NCBI GenBank assembly: GCA_964606385.1
Contig: CAZSFZ010000001.1
Span: forward strand, 3,519-67,518
Direction: 5' to 3'
Source: an uncultured bacterium
GTDB taxonomy: Bacteria; Omnitrophota; Omnitrophia; Omnitrophales; Aquincolibacteriaceae
DNA length: 64,000 nucleotides
Shown here: positions 27,886-39,800 of the stretch, in pieces
How the letters are laid out: the number at the start of each line of letters is the position of its first letter
Position numbering within the stretch: position 1 is the first letter of the stretch
Notes under the pieces: generated by a model
The model's input: only the letters and a program-made list of their open reading frames with translations
Database searches by the model: none
What the model was told of the DNA's origin: nothing
Made by a program: the position numbers and the translations under genes

Positions 27886-29388
27886 CTATTCAGCTTCCGC
27901 GACGGCAGCCGTCACAGCCGTCTCACGCTTTGCCCGCTTCTTCACAATCACCAAAAGCTCGTGAACGATCCGTGAGATGCGGCTTTTGATCTCGTCATTC
28001 AGGTCCTTGGTCTCACGGATCATGGTCAAAAGCTCCGGCTCTTCTCTTTGAACATGCGCCTGAAACTCCGCCAGGAATTCCTGCACTTGGGCAAGCGTGA
28101 GGTCCTTGAACATTTGTTCGTTTTTCGCGTAAAAAAGCATGACCTGGAATTCGACCGGCACGGGACTGCTGGCCGGCTGGGTCAGGAGGGCCTGAAGAAT
28201 CTTCCCCGCTTCCAGGCTCTTTCGGGCCTCTTCCGATTGGGTCGATGCCTGTAATTTGCTCACGCGCAGCAGTTCTTTGAACTGGATGAATTCCATGCGG
28301 GTTGAGCGGGAAACCGCCTTCGTCGCCTTCCATTGCACTTTACTTCCGACACGGGAAACCGAAAGACCCACGTCAACGGCCGGGCGGAACCCTTCATTAA
28401 AAAGAGAGGCGTTCAGGTACAACTGACCGTCCGTCATGGACACCAGGTTCGTGGGAATATAAGAGGTCAGGTCCCCCTCCAGAAGTTCCACCACCGGAAT
28501 AAAGGTCATGGACCCGCCACCGAGCTTTTTGTTGAGCTGCGCGGCTCTTTCGATCATACGCGAATGAAGAAAGAAAATATCCCCGGGATAGGAGTCGCGG
28601 CCCGGAGGCATTCCCATCATCAGCGACAGTTCTCGGTAGGCCCACGCGTGTTTGGTGAAATCATCAAAAAAAACAAAAACATCCTTTTTCTTGTACATGA
28701 AATATTCCCCGAGCGAACACGCCGCGTAGGGCGCCAGGTATTGCAGCCCGGGAGAGCTCGATGCGGGCGCCGACAGGATGATCGTATGCCCGAAACAATC
28801 ATGCTCTTTTAAAAGATCGATAAGCTTGACCATGGCAGAAAATGTTTTCCCGATCCCGCAATAGATGCAAACAACATCTTTGCCCTTTTGGTTGATGATA
28901 ATGTCCGTCCCGATGGTGGTCTTCCCGGTCATTTTATCCCCCAGGATGAGGGAACGCTGGCCTTTCCCTAAAGGCAGCATCATATCGATCAGTTTGATCC
29001 CGGTCTCGAAAGTCCGGGAGAGACTTTCACGGTCCATAATGGCGGGAGCGGCATTAAAGTAAGGGATGTAACTTTCAAATTCGATGGGCCCCATGCCGTC
29101 CATGGATTCGCCCAGGGGATTCAGGATCCGCCCCAAGGCTTTGGCCCCCACAGGCATGTGAAAGGGTTCGATGCTGGCAACGACGCGGTTGCCGGGGGTG
29201 ATCGGCTCATGCTCCTTGATGAGCAGGACTTGGGCCATATTCATATCAAAACCCATGATGATCCCTTCGGTCCCATAGCCGAAATGGACAAGCTGACCGA
29301 GAAAGCAATTCTGAAGACCGAGCACCTGCGCGATGCAGCCGCTCACGGTCTTCACGATCCCATTCTCTTTGTAATGCAGTTCAACCAT
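27886..29388 (-). CDS. atpA: F-type ATPase alpha subunit
   Basis: GDKMTGKTTIGTDIIINQKG (P-loop), LAPYAACSLGEYF, IPTNLVSMTDGQLYLNASLFNEGFRPAVDVGLSVSRVGS are collinear with F1-alpha. Confidence 0.9.
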   Translation of the reverse strand: MVELHYKENGIVKTVSGCIAQVLGLQNCFLGQLVHFGYGTEGIIMGFDMNMAQVLLIKEHEPITPGNRVVASIEPFHMPVGAKALGRILNPLGESMDGMGPIEFESYIPYFNAAPAIMDRESLSRTFETGIKLIDMMLPLGKGQRSLILGDKMTGKTTIGTDIIINQKGKDVVCIYCGIGKTFSAMVKLIDLLKEHDCFGHTIILSAPASSSPGLQYLAPYAACSLGEYFMYKKKDVFVFFDDFTKHAWAYRELSLMMGMPPGRDSYPGDIFFLHSRMIERAAQLNKKLGGGSMTFIPVVELLEGDLTSYIPTNLVSMTDGQLYLNASLFNEGFRPAVDVGLSVSRVGSKVQWKATKAVSRSTRMEFIQFKELLRVSKLQASTQSEEARKSLEAGKILQALLTQPASSPVPVEFQVMLFYAKNEQMFKDLTLAQVQEFLAEFQAHVQREEPELLTMIRETKDLNDEIKSRISRIVHELLVIVKKRAKRETAVTAAVAEAE

Positions 29389-29396
29389 GCGTCGGA

Positions 29397-30797
29397 TTAT
29401 TCCTTAGCTTCGGTTTGATCCGTTTTTTCGTTCTTTTCATCTTGAGGCTTCGGAGCCGCCGCCTGCGGCGGAGGCGCTTTTTTTCTTTCCTGAAAACGGC
29501 TTTCTTGGAGCTTTTTAAGCCAGGTCACATAAAAAATGGTGCTGACGATCCCGAGGAACAGCACGATCCCGAAAATGATCCACCACGTCATCGGTGTGTC
29601 CGGTTCCAAACCGACGGAGATCAACACGGCGTCTTTGACTTCGGTAAGCTGCTTCACCCAGTATTTGATCCGGGTCAAAAAGTCCTTCGCGTTCTCTTTT
29701 CGAAGCCCCAGTTCCGGCAAAAGCTGCTGGAGGTCATGGAGTTTCCCTTTCACCACGTTCATTTTCTGCTGGTTCAGCACATAGGCCTTCATGCGTTCTT
29801 CGAGCGAAGTGGAGCCGGCCACTTCTCCCTGAAGCTGCACGATCTCGTCCAGCATCCTCATGATCGCGTCCATCTGCTCCTTGGCAAATTTCAGATACGG
29901 TGTATCCTCAAAAAACTTGTAGAGATTCGTGGTCTGCTCTTTGTAATAGTTGATATCCTGTTCGGGAATACGCCAGATATCCTTGAGCACGATGGTGTAT
30001 TTCTTGTTCTGCTTGGCGTCAAACATCTCCTTTTTTTCCAGAAAATACACTTTCCGGGATTCGTCATAGAGGATATTGAACCCCTGCCGGTCGATCACAT
30101 CCTCCGCCTTGATGTCTTTCGGCAAAAGGGAGCTGATGGTGATTTCTTTGGGTTCGGTAGCGGGGTTTTCCGCCTCGATCACAAAACGGGCTTCCTGGAC
30201 GCCTTTCTTCTTCTCGTCTTCAAGCCGGCGCATCGCCTCAAGCGAAAAAGCGTTGTTCTGGATCTCTTCCAGCTGTTTCATATGCGCCCGGTAAAGCTCG
30301 ATATGCTGGTTGATCGCCAGCTGCTGGTTCTGCTCCTCAACGATCCGATCCAGGCTCTCCTGGGCTTTTTCATAGAGGAGCTTTCCGGTCTCAGCGTATT
30401 TGGTTTCCTTCAGACCATTGATCTGCTCTTCGAGGTTCTTTTTAACACTATCAATAGTCTCAGGGTCGATCTTCCAGACATCGCGAACCCGGAGTTCAAA
30501 CGTGAGGGTCTCCTTCGGTTGGAGCTCGACCTCTTTGGTGAGGTAATAAGTCTTTTTCTTGGTATCGTACTGGACCTCCAGCCCCGCTTTATCCAGGATA
30601 TCCTTTGTCGGATCGATCTCGGGCGGGAGTCCCTGGGTCACAACGGTCTTGAGGGCCTGCGTCTCGGAAGGATTGACGGCCAGGATCTTGATCCTGACGT
30701 CATCGGCGGCCTGAACGAAACCGGTCCAAGACAGAAAAAGCGCGGCAGACACACACGCTAACTTCCAGCCCGGAACTCTCTTTTTCCGCGTGTTCAC
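29397..30797 (-). CDS. Exported coiled-coil protein with internal duplication and C-terminal TM anchor plus Pro/Lys-rich tail; unknown function
   Basis: GTG start with RBS AGAGAGG. Signal peptide. Two similar ~150-aa modules (ILAVNPSETQ... / VIEAENPATEP...). TM WWIIFGIVLFLGIVSTIFYVTWL near the C-terminus. Confidence 0.55.
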   Translation of the reverse strand: MNTRKKRVPGWKLACVSAALFLSWTGFVQAADDVRIKILAVNPSETQALKTVVTQGLPPEIDPTKDILDKAGLEVQYDTKKKTYYLTKEVELQPKETLTFELRVRDVWKIDPETIDSVKKNLEEQINGLKETKYAETGKLLYEKAQESLDRIVEEQNQQLAINQHIELYRAHMKQLEEIQNNAFSLEAMRRLEDEKKKGVQEARFVIEAENPATEPKEITISSLLPKDIKAEDVIDRQGFNILYDESRKVYFLEKKEMFDAKQNKKYTIVLKDIWRIPEQDINYYKEQTTNLYKFFEDTPYLKFAKEQMDAIMRMLDEIVQLQGEVAGSTSLEERMKAYVLNQQKMNVVKGKLHDLQQLLPELGLRKENAKDFLTRIKYWVKQLTEVKDAVLISVGLEPDTPMTWWIIFGIVLFLGIVSTIFYVTWLKKLQESRFQERKKAPPPQAAAPKPQDEKNEKTDQTEAKE

Positions 30798-30861
30798 GGT
30801 AAAAACCTCTCTTTTTTTCTGTAATAACGGATCCCTAATTTCGTTCAGGATGGATCTTTAA

Positions 30862-33800
30862 TTACTTTTCCCCGCCGAACTCGAGCCAGGACTTTACGAT
30901 CGCCTTGGGCTCTTCGGCCTGCTGACCCAACTTCTCGCGCGCGCTGGCGTCTGTTGCCTCTTTCACCGCGAGAATATAGGCCTTCACTTCCTCCAGCTTG
31001 CCCTGCATCAGGTTGAGATTTGATTCCCCGCCCTTCATGACTTTTTTGATCTCATCGCCCACAAAACCGAGCGCCTTGGCCTGGTCGTTAGCGAGCGTCA
31101 CGAGGCGATTCACCAGCTCTTCGGTCTTTTTACCGGCATCACTGCTTTCTTTGGAAATCGCCGATGTCGCCTGCTGCACCTGTTCGAGGAGCGATTCAAA
31201 CTCTGCCATGCGATCCGTGATGGTCGGCTGCCCGTTCCGTTTACCGATCACTTCGTCAAGCTCCTTCACGGTATTCATGATGGTATAGGTCGAGGAATCA
31301 ATATCGGCAATTGTCTGTTCTTTATTACTGATCGCTTTCATGCCCGACCAATTCACATCCCCGGTACTCAGGTCGGCGATCCCCTGCCAATTGATCCCCG
31401 CCTTGGTCTGGGTGGCAAGGCCCTGCCAGCTCACGCCGCCCGTCATCACGGAAAGATCTTCCCAATTGATCCCCGCTTCGGTCAAAGCGTTCATATCCGT
31501 CCAGTTGATGCCGGCCACCGAAAGCCTGCTGATATCATCCCAATTTACGCCCGCTTCCGAAAGCACCGCGATCTCATCCCAATTCACGCCTCCCTCGGAG
31601 AGAGCGCGGATCCCGTTCCAATTCACGCCGGCATCAGTCATGGTCTTGAGATCGTTCCAATCGATGCCGGTCACGGAGAGGGTCCGGATATCGCTCCAGT
31701 TCACGCCCGCGGTCGTCATGACCGTCAGGTTGCTCCAATTAACGTTGGCGTCGGACATGGCGGCGATACTGTTCCAGTTGACTCCCTTCGCGGAAAGATC
31801 CTGCAATGCCTGCCAATTCACGCCCGCCAGGGACAGCGCCGTAAGTCCTTCCCAATTCACCCCGGCTTTGGAAAGAACATCCATCTCTGTCCAGTTGATC
31901 CCGGTTCGAGAAAGCGCCCGAAGATCGTTCCAGTTAATCCCGGCGCGCGAAAGAGCGTTGAAATCGCCCCAGTTCACGCCCGTACGGCTCAGCACGTTGA
32001 TATCAGTCCAATTCACCCCGGCTTTGGAGAGCGCCCCGAGATCCAGCCAGTTCACCCGGGCCTGGGTCAGACTGTTCAGATCCGACCAGTTGACGCCGGT
32101 TTTGGTGAGCACTTCTACATCCTGCCAGTTAACTCCGGCCGTCGAAAGCCTGCCGATGTCCTGCCAATTCACGCCTCCCATGGAAAGCTCGCGAATCCCC
32201 GTCCAGTTGATCCTGCTCCGCGAGAGCGCGTCAAGACCGGCCCAGTTCACGCCGGCTTTCGACAAAGCCCCCATATCCAGCCAGTTCACGCCCGCACGCG
32301 TCATGGTGTTCAGGTCCGCCCAGTTCACGCCGCCCACGGAAAGCGCCCGGATTCCGGTCCAGTTCACGCCCGCCTTGGAAAGAGTGCTCATATCAAACCA
32401 ATTCGTACCCGCCTTGGTCATCACCCCGAAGTCAGCCCAGTTCACACCTGTCCGTGAGATCACGCGCATGTCGGCCCAATTGACCCCCACACGGGACATA
32501 ACGCCCATATCCAGCCAGTTTACGCCGGCTTTCGAAAATACGCCGAGGTCGGCCCAGTTCACATCGCTTTCCGAGATCGTCTTCATCCCCGCCCAGTTCA
32601 CCTGGCCGCGGGACATAGCGTTAATCCCCAACCAGTTCACACCGGCTGCGGACATCAGCTGCATGTCCTGCCAATTAACATTCACTTTGGACATAACGCT
32701 GAAATCGCTCCAGTTCACGCCCGCGACTGAAAGACTGCGGATCCCGTTCCAATCCACCCCGGCCCTTGAGAGCACGTTGATCCCGCTCCAGTTCACCCCT
32801 GCACTGGACATATTGGCAAGATTATCCCAATCCACTCCCGCCTGCGTGATCATATTGATCCCGCTCCAGTTGATCGCAGCCTGCGACATCGTGGCAAGAT
32901 TGGTCCATGAAATGTTCGAACTCGCCATTTTCGCGAAATCGACCCAGTTGACGCGCGCCTTCGTGATCTCATTCATACCCGCCCAATTGACATTTGCCCG
33001 CGCCAGAAGATCCAAGTTACTCCAGTTCACACCCGCGCGCGTCATGAAGCCCAGGTCTGCCCAGTTCACGCGTGAATCCGACATCCGGTTGAACTCATTC
33101 CAGTTCACGCGCGCGCTGGTCATGGCCTGGAGATCCGTCCAGTTGACACGCGCCGTGGAAAGCTCACGAAGGTTGCTCCAGTTCACGCCCGACCGGGAAA
33201 GCGCGTCGATCCCCGACCAGTTCACACCTGCCGCCGTAAATCTTCCCATATCCGCCCAATTGATACCGGCACGCGTCATCACTTGAAAATCCGACCAGTT
33301 GATCCCTTCCCGAGTGATCACACGAAGATCGGCCCAATTCACCCCGGCCTTACTGAGGACATCAAATCCGGTCCAATTCACACCCGTCCTCGACAAGACC
33401 CCCATATCCAGCCAATTGACGCCCGCGCGCGAAAGTGCGTCGATCCCGCTCCAGTTCACGCCGCCGCGCGACATCACGCCGATATCATTCCAATTCACCT
33501 GGGCTTTCGCCATCCGGTCGAATTCCGCCCAGTTCACGCCCGCCCTCGAAAGAGCGTCGATGTTATTCCAGTTGACCCCGGAACGGGACATTCTTCCCAT
33601 ATCTTCCCAATTGATCCGGGCGGACGACATGCGATCAAATTCCGCCCAGTTGACCCCGGCTTTGGAAAGGGCTTCGATATTAAGCCAGTTCACGCCCGCC
33701 CGCGTCATCACGCCGAAATCACTCCAGTTGATATTGGCCGCGGCCATCCGGTTGAATTCACTCCAGTTCACGCCCGCGGTCGTCAAAGCCCGCATATCCA

Positions 33801-36800
33801 GCCAGTTCACACCCGCGCGCGACATCACCCCCATATCGTTCCAGTTCACGTTCGCCTTAGCCATTCGGTCGAATTCCGCCCAGTTCACCCCCGCTTTTGA
33901 AAGGGCTTCAATGTTGAACCAGTTCACCCCCGCGCGCGTCATCACGCCAAAATCGCTCCAGTTCACATTCGCTTGGGCCATCCGGTTGAATTCCGCCCAA
34001 TTCACTCCTGCCTTGGAAAGCGCTCCCATATCCAGCCAGTTCACACCCGCCCGAGTCATCACATGAAGATCATCCCAATTGATATTCGTCCGGCTGATCG
34101 CGTTAAATCCTTCCCAATTCACGCCCGCCGCGGTCAGCGCGCCCATATCCACCCAGTTGATTCCCGATCGCGTCATAACCCTCAAATCGTTCCAGTTGAT
34201 ACCAGTGCGGCTGATCGTATTGATCCCGGACCAATTTATCCCGGCATCCGTAAGAGCTCCGATATCCAGCCAATTCACGCCGGCACGCGTCATCACGTTA
34301 AGATCATTCCAGTTGACATTGGTCTTGCTGATCGTTTCCAGACCGTCCCAATTCACGCCCGCGCGCGTCATGGTCCCAAAATCGATCCAGTTGATCCCCG
34401 CGCGGGTGATCGCGTTCAGCCCGCTCCAGTTCACGTCGGAACCGATAATGTTATTGAGAGCGATCCAGTTCACGCCAGCCGTGGTCATATCGCCCATATT
34501 CGTCCAGTTGACGCCCGCGCGTGTCATCACATTCAGGTCATTCCAATTGATGCTGGTCCGGCTGATCGCGTTCAATCCCGCCCAGTTCACACCTGCCTGG
34601 GTCAGCGCGCCCATATCGAGCCAATTCACGCCCGCGCGCGACAGGGCATCCATCCCACCCCAGTTCACGCCGGATTTTGAAAGCGACCCCATATCCAGCC
34701 AGTTCACGCCCGCGCGCGTCATCACGCCGAAGTCATCCCAATTCAGGCCCGCCGCGGACATCCGGTTGAATTCCGCCCAGTTCACCCCCGCCGTTGAAAG
34801 TGTCCCGATGCTCAACCAATTCACGCCTGCGCGCGTCATGGCCCGCATGTCGTCCCAATTGACGCTGGTCCGGCTGATCGCGTCCAACCCCGCCCAGTTC
34901 ACGCCCGCTTTTGTCAGAGCGCCCATATCGAGCCAGTTCACACCGGCCTGGGTCATGGAACCGAGGTTATCCCAATTAACACCCGCGGCCGACATGCGGT
35001 TAAATTCCTCCCAGTTCACGCCGGCCTTTGAAAGCGATCCGATGCTGCCCCAATTGATACCCTCGCGCGTCATCGTGCTGAAATCGCTCCAATTGACGTT
35101 CGCGGCGGCCATCCGGTTGAATTCCGCCCAATTGACCCCCGCTTTTGAAAGCGCTCCCATATCCAGCCAGTTCACACCGGCTTTGGTCAGCGCTCCCATG
35201 TCGAGCCAATTCATGCCGACACGCGACATCACGTTGAGATCGCTCCAGTTAATACCGGCAATGGACAATGCCCCCATGCTCAGCCAATTCACACCGGCTT
35301 TGGACATTTCCCCCAGATCCAGCCAGTTCACGCTTGTGCGTGAAAGCACGTCAATACCGCTCCAGTTGATCCCGGCCTTTGAGAGCGCTCCCATGTCGAG
35401 CCAGTTCACACCCGCGCGGGACATCACATCGATCCCCGACCAGTTCACACCGCTCCGCGACAGCGCGTCGATCCCCGACCAGTTCACGCCTGTTTTGGAC
35501 ATTATTCCCATATCCAGCCAGTTCACGCCCGCGCGAGACATCACATTGAGATCCGTCCAATTGACGCCACCGACTGAAAGGGCCTGGATCCCGTTCCAAT
35601 TGACTCCCGCCTTCGAAAGAGCGCCCATATCGAGCCAATTCACACCCGCACGAGACATCACGTTCAGGTCATCCCAGTTCACACCGCCGGCCGAAAGCGT
35701 TTGGATCCCGCTCCAATTCACACCGGCTTTCGAAAGCGCTCCCATGTCGAGCCAGTTCACACCCGCGCGCGACATCACATCAAGGTCCATCCAATTCACA
35801 CCGCCAACCGAGAGCGCCTGGATCCCGCTCCAATTCACGCCGGCGCGGGACATCACATTAAAACCTTCCCAGTTCACATTTGAAGTTGATAACGCCGTGA
35901 AATCTTCCCAATTCACGCCCGCGCGCGACATCACATTGATATCGGTCCAATTGACGCCGCTCTGGGTCAAGAGACCCATTGCGAGCCAGTTCACCCCCGA
36001 GGTCATGACGTTCAGGTCGCTCCAATTCACATTGGTGCGGGTCAGTTCATTAAGCGCGGCCCAGTTCACATTCGCGATCGTCATCGCCCGGAGGTCCAGC
36101 CAGTTCACGCCGGCCTGGGACATCACATTAAGGTCTGACCAGTTCACGCCTCCGATTGAAAGCGCCTGGATCCCGTTCCAGTTCACGCCCGCTTTCGAAA
36201 GCGTTCCCATGTCGAGCCAGTTCACACCCGCGCGCGACATCACGTTCAGATCGTCCCAATTCACGCCGCCCCGCGAGAGCGCCTGGATCCCGTTCCAATT
36301 CACGCCCGCTTTCGAAAGCGTTCCCATGTCGAGCCAGTTCACGCCGGCCTTCGACATTGTGTTCAGATCATCCCAATTCACACCGCCCCGCGAGAGCGCC
36401 TGGATCCCGTTCCAGTTCACGCCCGCCTTCGACATCACACCAAGATCCAGCCAATTAACTCCCGTGGTCATGACATTAAGGTCTGCCCAATTGATATTCG
36501 CGCGGGTCAGTTCATTGAGCGCGGCCCAGTTAACTCCGGCCTTTGAAAAAACACCCATGTCCTGCCAATTCACTCCCGCACGCGACATGACGTTCAGGTC
36601 ATCCCAATTCACACCGCCGCGGGAAAGCGCCTGCATCCCGTTCCAGTTTACGCCCGCTTTCGAAAGCGCTCCCATGTCGAGCCAGTTCACACCGGCCTTC
36701 GACATCACATTCAGATCATCCCAATTCACTCCCCCACGGGAAAGCGCCTGGATCCCGGACCAATTCACGCCCGCTTTCGAAAGAGCGCCCATATCCAGCC

Positions 36801-39800
36801 AGTTCACACCCGCGCGCGACATCACGTTCAGATCATCCCAATTCACTCCCCCGCGGGAAAGAGCCTGGATCCCGGACCAATTCATCCCCACCCGCGACAT
36901 GACATTGAGATCGGTCCAGTTCACGCCGCTTTCCGAAAGCGCCTGCATGCCGTTCCAATTCACCCCTGCTTTCGAAAAAGCCCCGATGTCCAGCCAGTTC
37001 ACACCCGCGCGCGACATCACATTGAGATCCGACCAGTTGATGTTCGTGCGGCTAATGACATCCAATCCGGACCAGTTCACATTCGCTTTTGACATCGCGC
37101 CCATATCCAGCCAGTTCACACCCGCGCGCGTCATCACATTGAGATCCGACCAGTTGATGTTCGTGCGGCTGATCACATCCAACCCGGACCAATTCACGCC
37201 CGCTTTGGACATCACGCCCATATCCAGCCAGTTCACGCCGCCACGGGAAAGTGCCTGCATCCCTTCCCAATTGACACCGCCGCGGGAGAGCGCGTCGATT
37301 CCCGACCAGTTCACGCCCGCCTTGGACATCGTTCCCATATCCAGCCAGTTCACACCCGCTCGCGTCATCACATTGAGATCCGACCAGTTGATATTCGTGC
37401 GGCTGATGACATCCAACCCGGACCAGTTCACGTTCGCTCTGGTAAGCGCACTCAGATCCATCCAGTTGACGCCCGCGCGAGTCAGGACGTTGAGATCCGA
37501 CCAATTGATATTCGTGCGGCTAATGACATCCAACCCGGACCAATTCACGCCGGCCTTCGACATCTCCCCGATATCCAGCCAGTTCACGCCTCCCAACGAA
37601 AGCGCCTGGATCCCGCTCCAATTCACTCCGCCCGCCGAGAGGGCCTGGATCCCGCTCCAGTTCACTCCGGCCTTGGACATCACACCCATATCGAGCCAGT
37701 TCACACCGCCGAGGGAAAGAGCCTGCATGCCTTCCCAGTTCACGCCGCCGCGGGAAAGCGCGTCAATGCCGGACCAATTCACGCCCGCCTTGGACATCGT
37801 CCCCATATCGAGCCAATTGACGCCCGCCTTGGACATAACATTTAAATCCAACCAATTGACGCCGCCCCTTGAAAGCGCATCGATCCCCGACCAGTTCACC
37901 CCGGCCTTCGACATCACGCTCATATCGAGCCAATTTACGCCGGTCTTCGACATCACATTCAGATCCGACCAGTTCACGCCGCCGACCGAAAGCGCCTGAA
38001 TCCCGTTCCAATTGACGCCCGCCTTGGAGAACGCTTCCATATCGAGCCAGTTCACGCCCGCACGGGACATCACATTAAGGTCAGTCCAGTTCACACCACC
38101 GCGGGAAAGCGCGTCGATCCCACTCCAGTTCACGCCAGCTTTCGAGAGCACGCCCATATCAAGCCAGTTCACGCCCGCCTTGGTCATCGTATTCAAATCA
38201 GACCAGTTGACGCCCGCACGCGTCAGGACATTCATATCCGACCAGTTCACACCGGCCTTCGACATGACATCCAGATTGGACCAGTTGACGCCCGCTTTTG
38301 AAAGCGTCCCCACATCCAGCCAGTTCACACCGCCGCGAGAAAGAGCGTCAATGCCGGACCAATTCACGCCAGCCTTCGACATGATCCCGATATCCAGCCA
38401 GTTCACGCCGCCGGAAGAAAGAGCCTGGAGACCGCTCCAATTGACGTCGCTTTGCGAAAGAACGCTCATGCCGCTCCAGTTCACACCGGCCTTCGACATT
38501 TCTCCCATATCCAGCCAATTCACGCCGGCCTTGGACATCACATTCAGATCCGACCAGTTCACGCCGCCAACCGAAAGCGCCTGAACCCCGCTCCAGTTCA
38601 CCCCTGCTCTGGAAAGAACCTGCATATCCAGCCAGTTCACGCCGCCTTTGGAGAGCGCATCAATGCCGGACCAATTCACACCGGCTTTAGAAAGCGCTCC
38701 CATATCCAGCCAGTTCACACCGGCTTTGGTCATCACATTGAGATCTGTCCAATTCACCCCCGTCTTGGAAAGCACATTGAGATCCGACCAGTTCACGCCG
38801 CCGACCGAAAGCGCCTGGATCCCATTCCAGTTAACGCCCGCTTTGGAGAGCACGCCCATGTCGAGCCAATTCACACCGCCGCGGGAAAGCGCGTCAATGC
38901 CCGACCAGTTCACACCGGCCTGCGAAAGAACGCCCATATCCAGCCAGTTCACGCCCGCTCTTGTCATTTTGTTCAGATCGGACCAATTCACGCCCGCTCG
39001 CGTCAAGACATTCCAGTCCGTCCAGTTCACCGCCGCGCGGGACATCACACCCATATCAAGCCAGTTCACCCCCGCCTTCGAAAGCGCGTTCAGATCCGAC
39101 CAATTCACGCCGCCTTTGGAGAGAGCGTCGATCCCTGACCAGTTCACGCCCGCTTTGGAGAGCACGCCCATGTCGAGCCAGTTCACACCCGCACGAGACA
39201 TCACATTAAAATCGGACCAGTTCACGCCGGTTTTCGAAAGAACATCGAGATCCGACCAATTCACGCCGGCACGGCTCATCACATTCATGTCGGACCAATT
39301 CACTCCCGCGCGGGACAACGCGTTCATGCCGGACCAGTTCACGCCCGCCTTGGAAAGAACATCAAAGTCGGCCCAATTAACGCCGGCCTTGGACATCGTC
39401 CCCATATCCAGCCAGTTCACGCCGGCCTTGGACATCACATTAAGATCGGACCAGTTCACACCCGCTTTCGACAGCACATCCAGATCCGACCAGTTCACAC
39501 CGCCGACTGATAGCGCCTGGATCCCGTTCCAGTTCACGCCCGCACGGGACAGAGCGTTCATCCCGCTCCAGTTCACTTGTCCGCGGGAAAGCGCGTCGAT
39601 CCCCGACCAATTGACTCCCGCTTTTGAGAGTACGCCCATATCAAGCCAGTTCACACCCGCGCGCGACATCACATTAAAATCGGACCAGTTCACGCCGGTC
39701 TTCGAAAGGACATCGAGATCCGACCAGTTGATCCCCGCACGCGTCAGGACATTCATATCCGACCAATTCACCCCGGCTTTGGACATCACGTTCAAGTCAG

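Noticed and set aside
29397-30797. Candidate F-ATPase subunit a immediately upstream of atpA
   Set aside because: It has only a single C-terminal TM helix and extensive coiled coil. It lacks the 5-6 TM helices and conserved Arg of subunit a.
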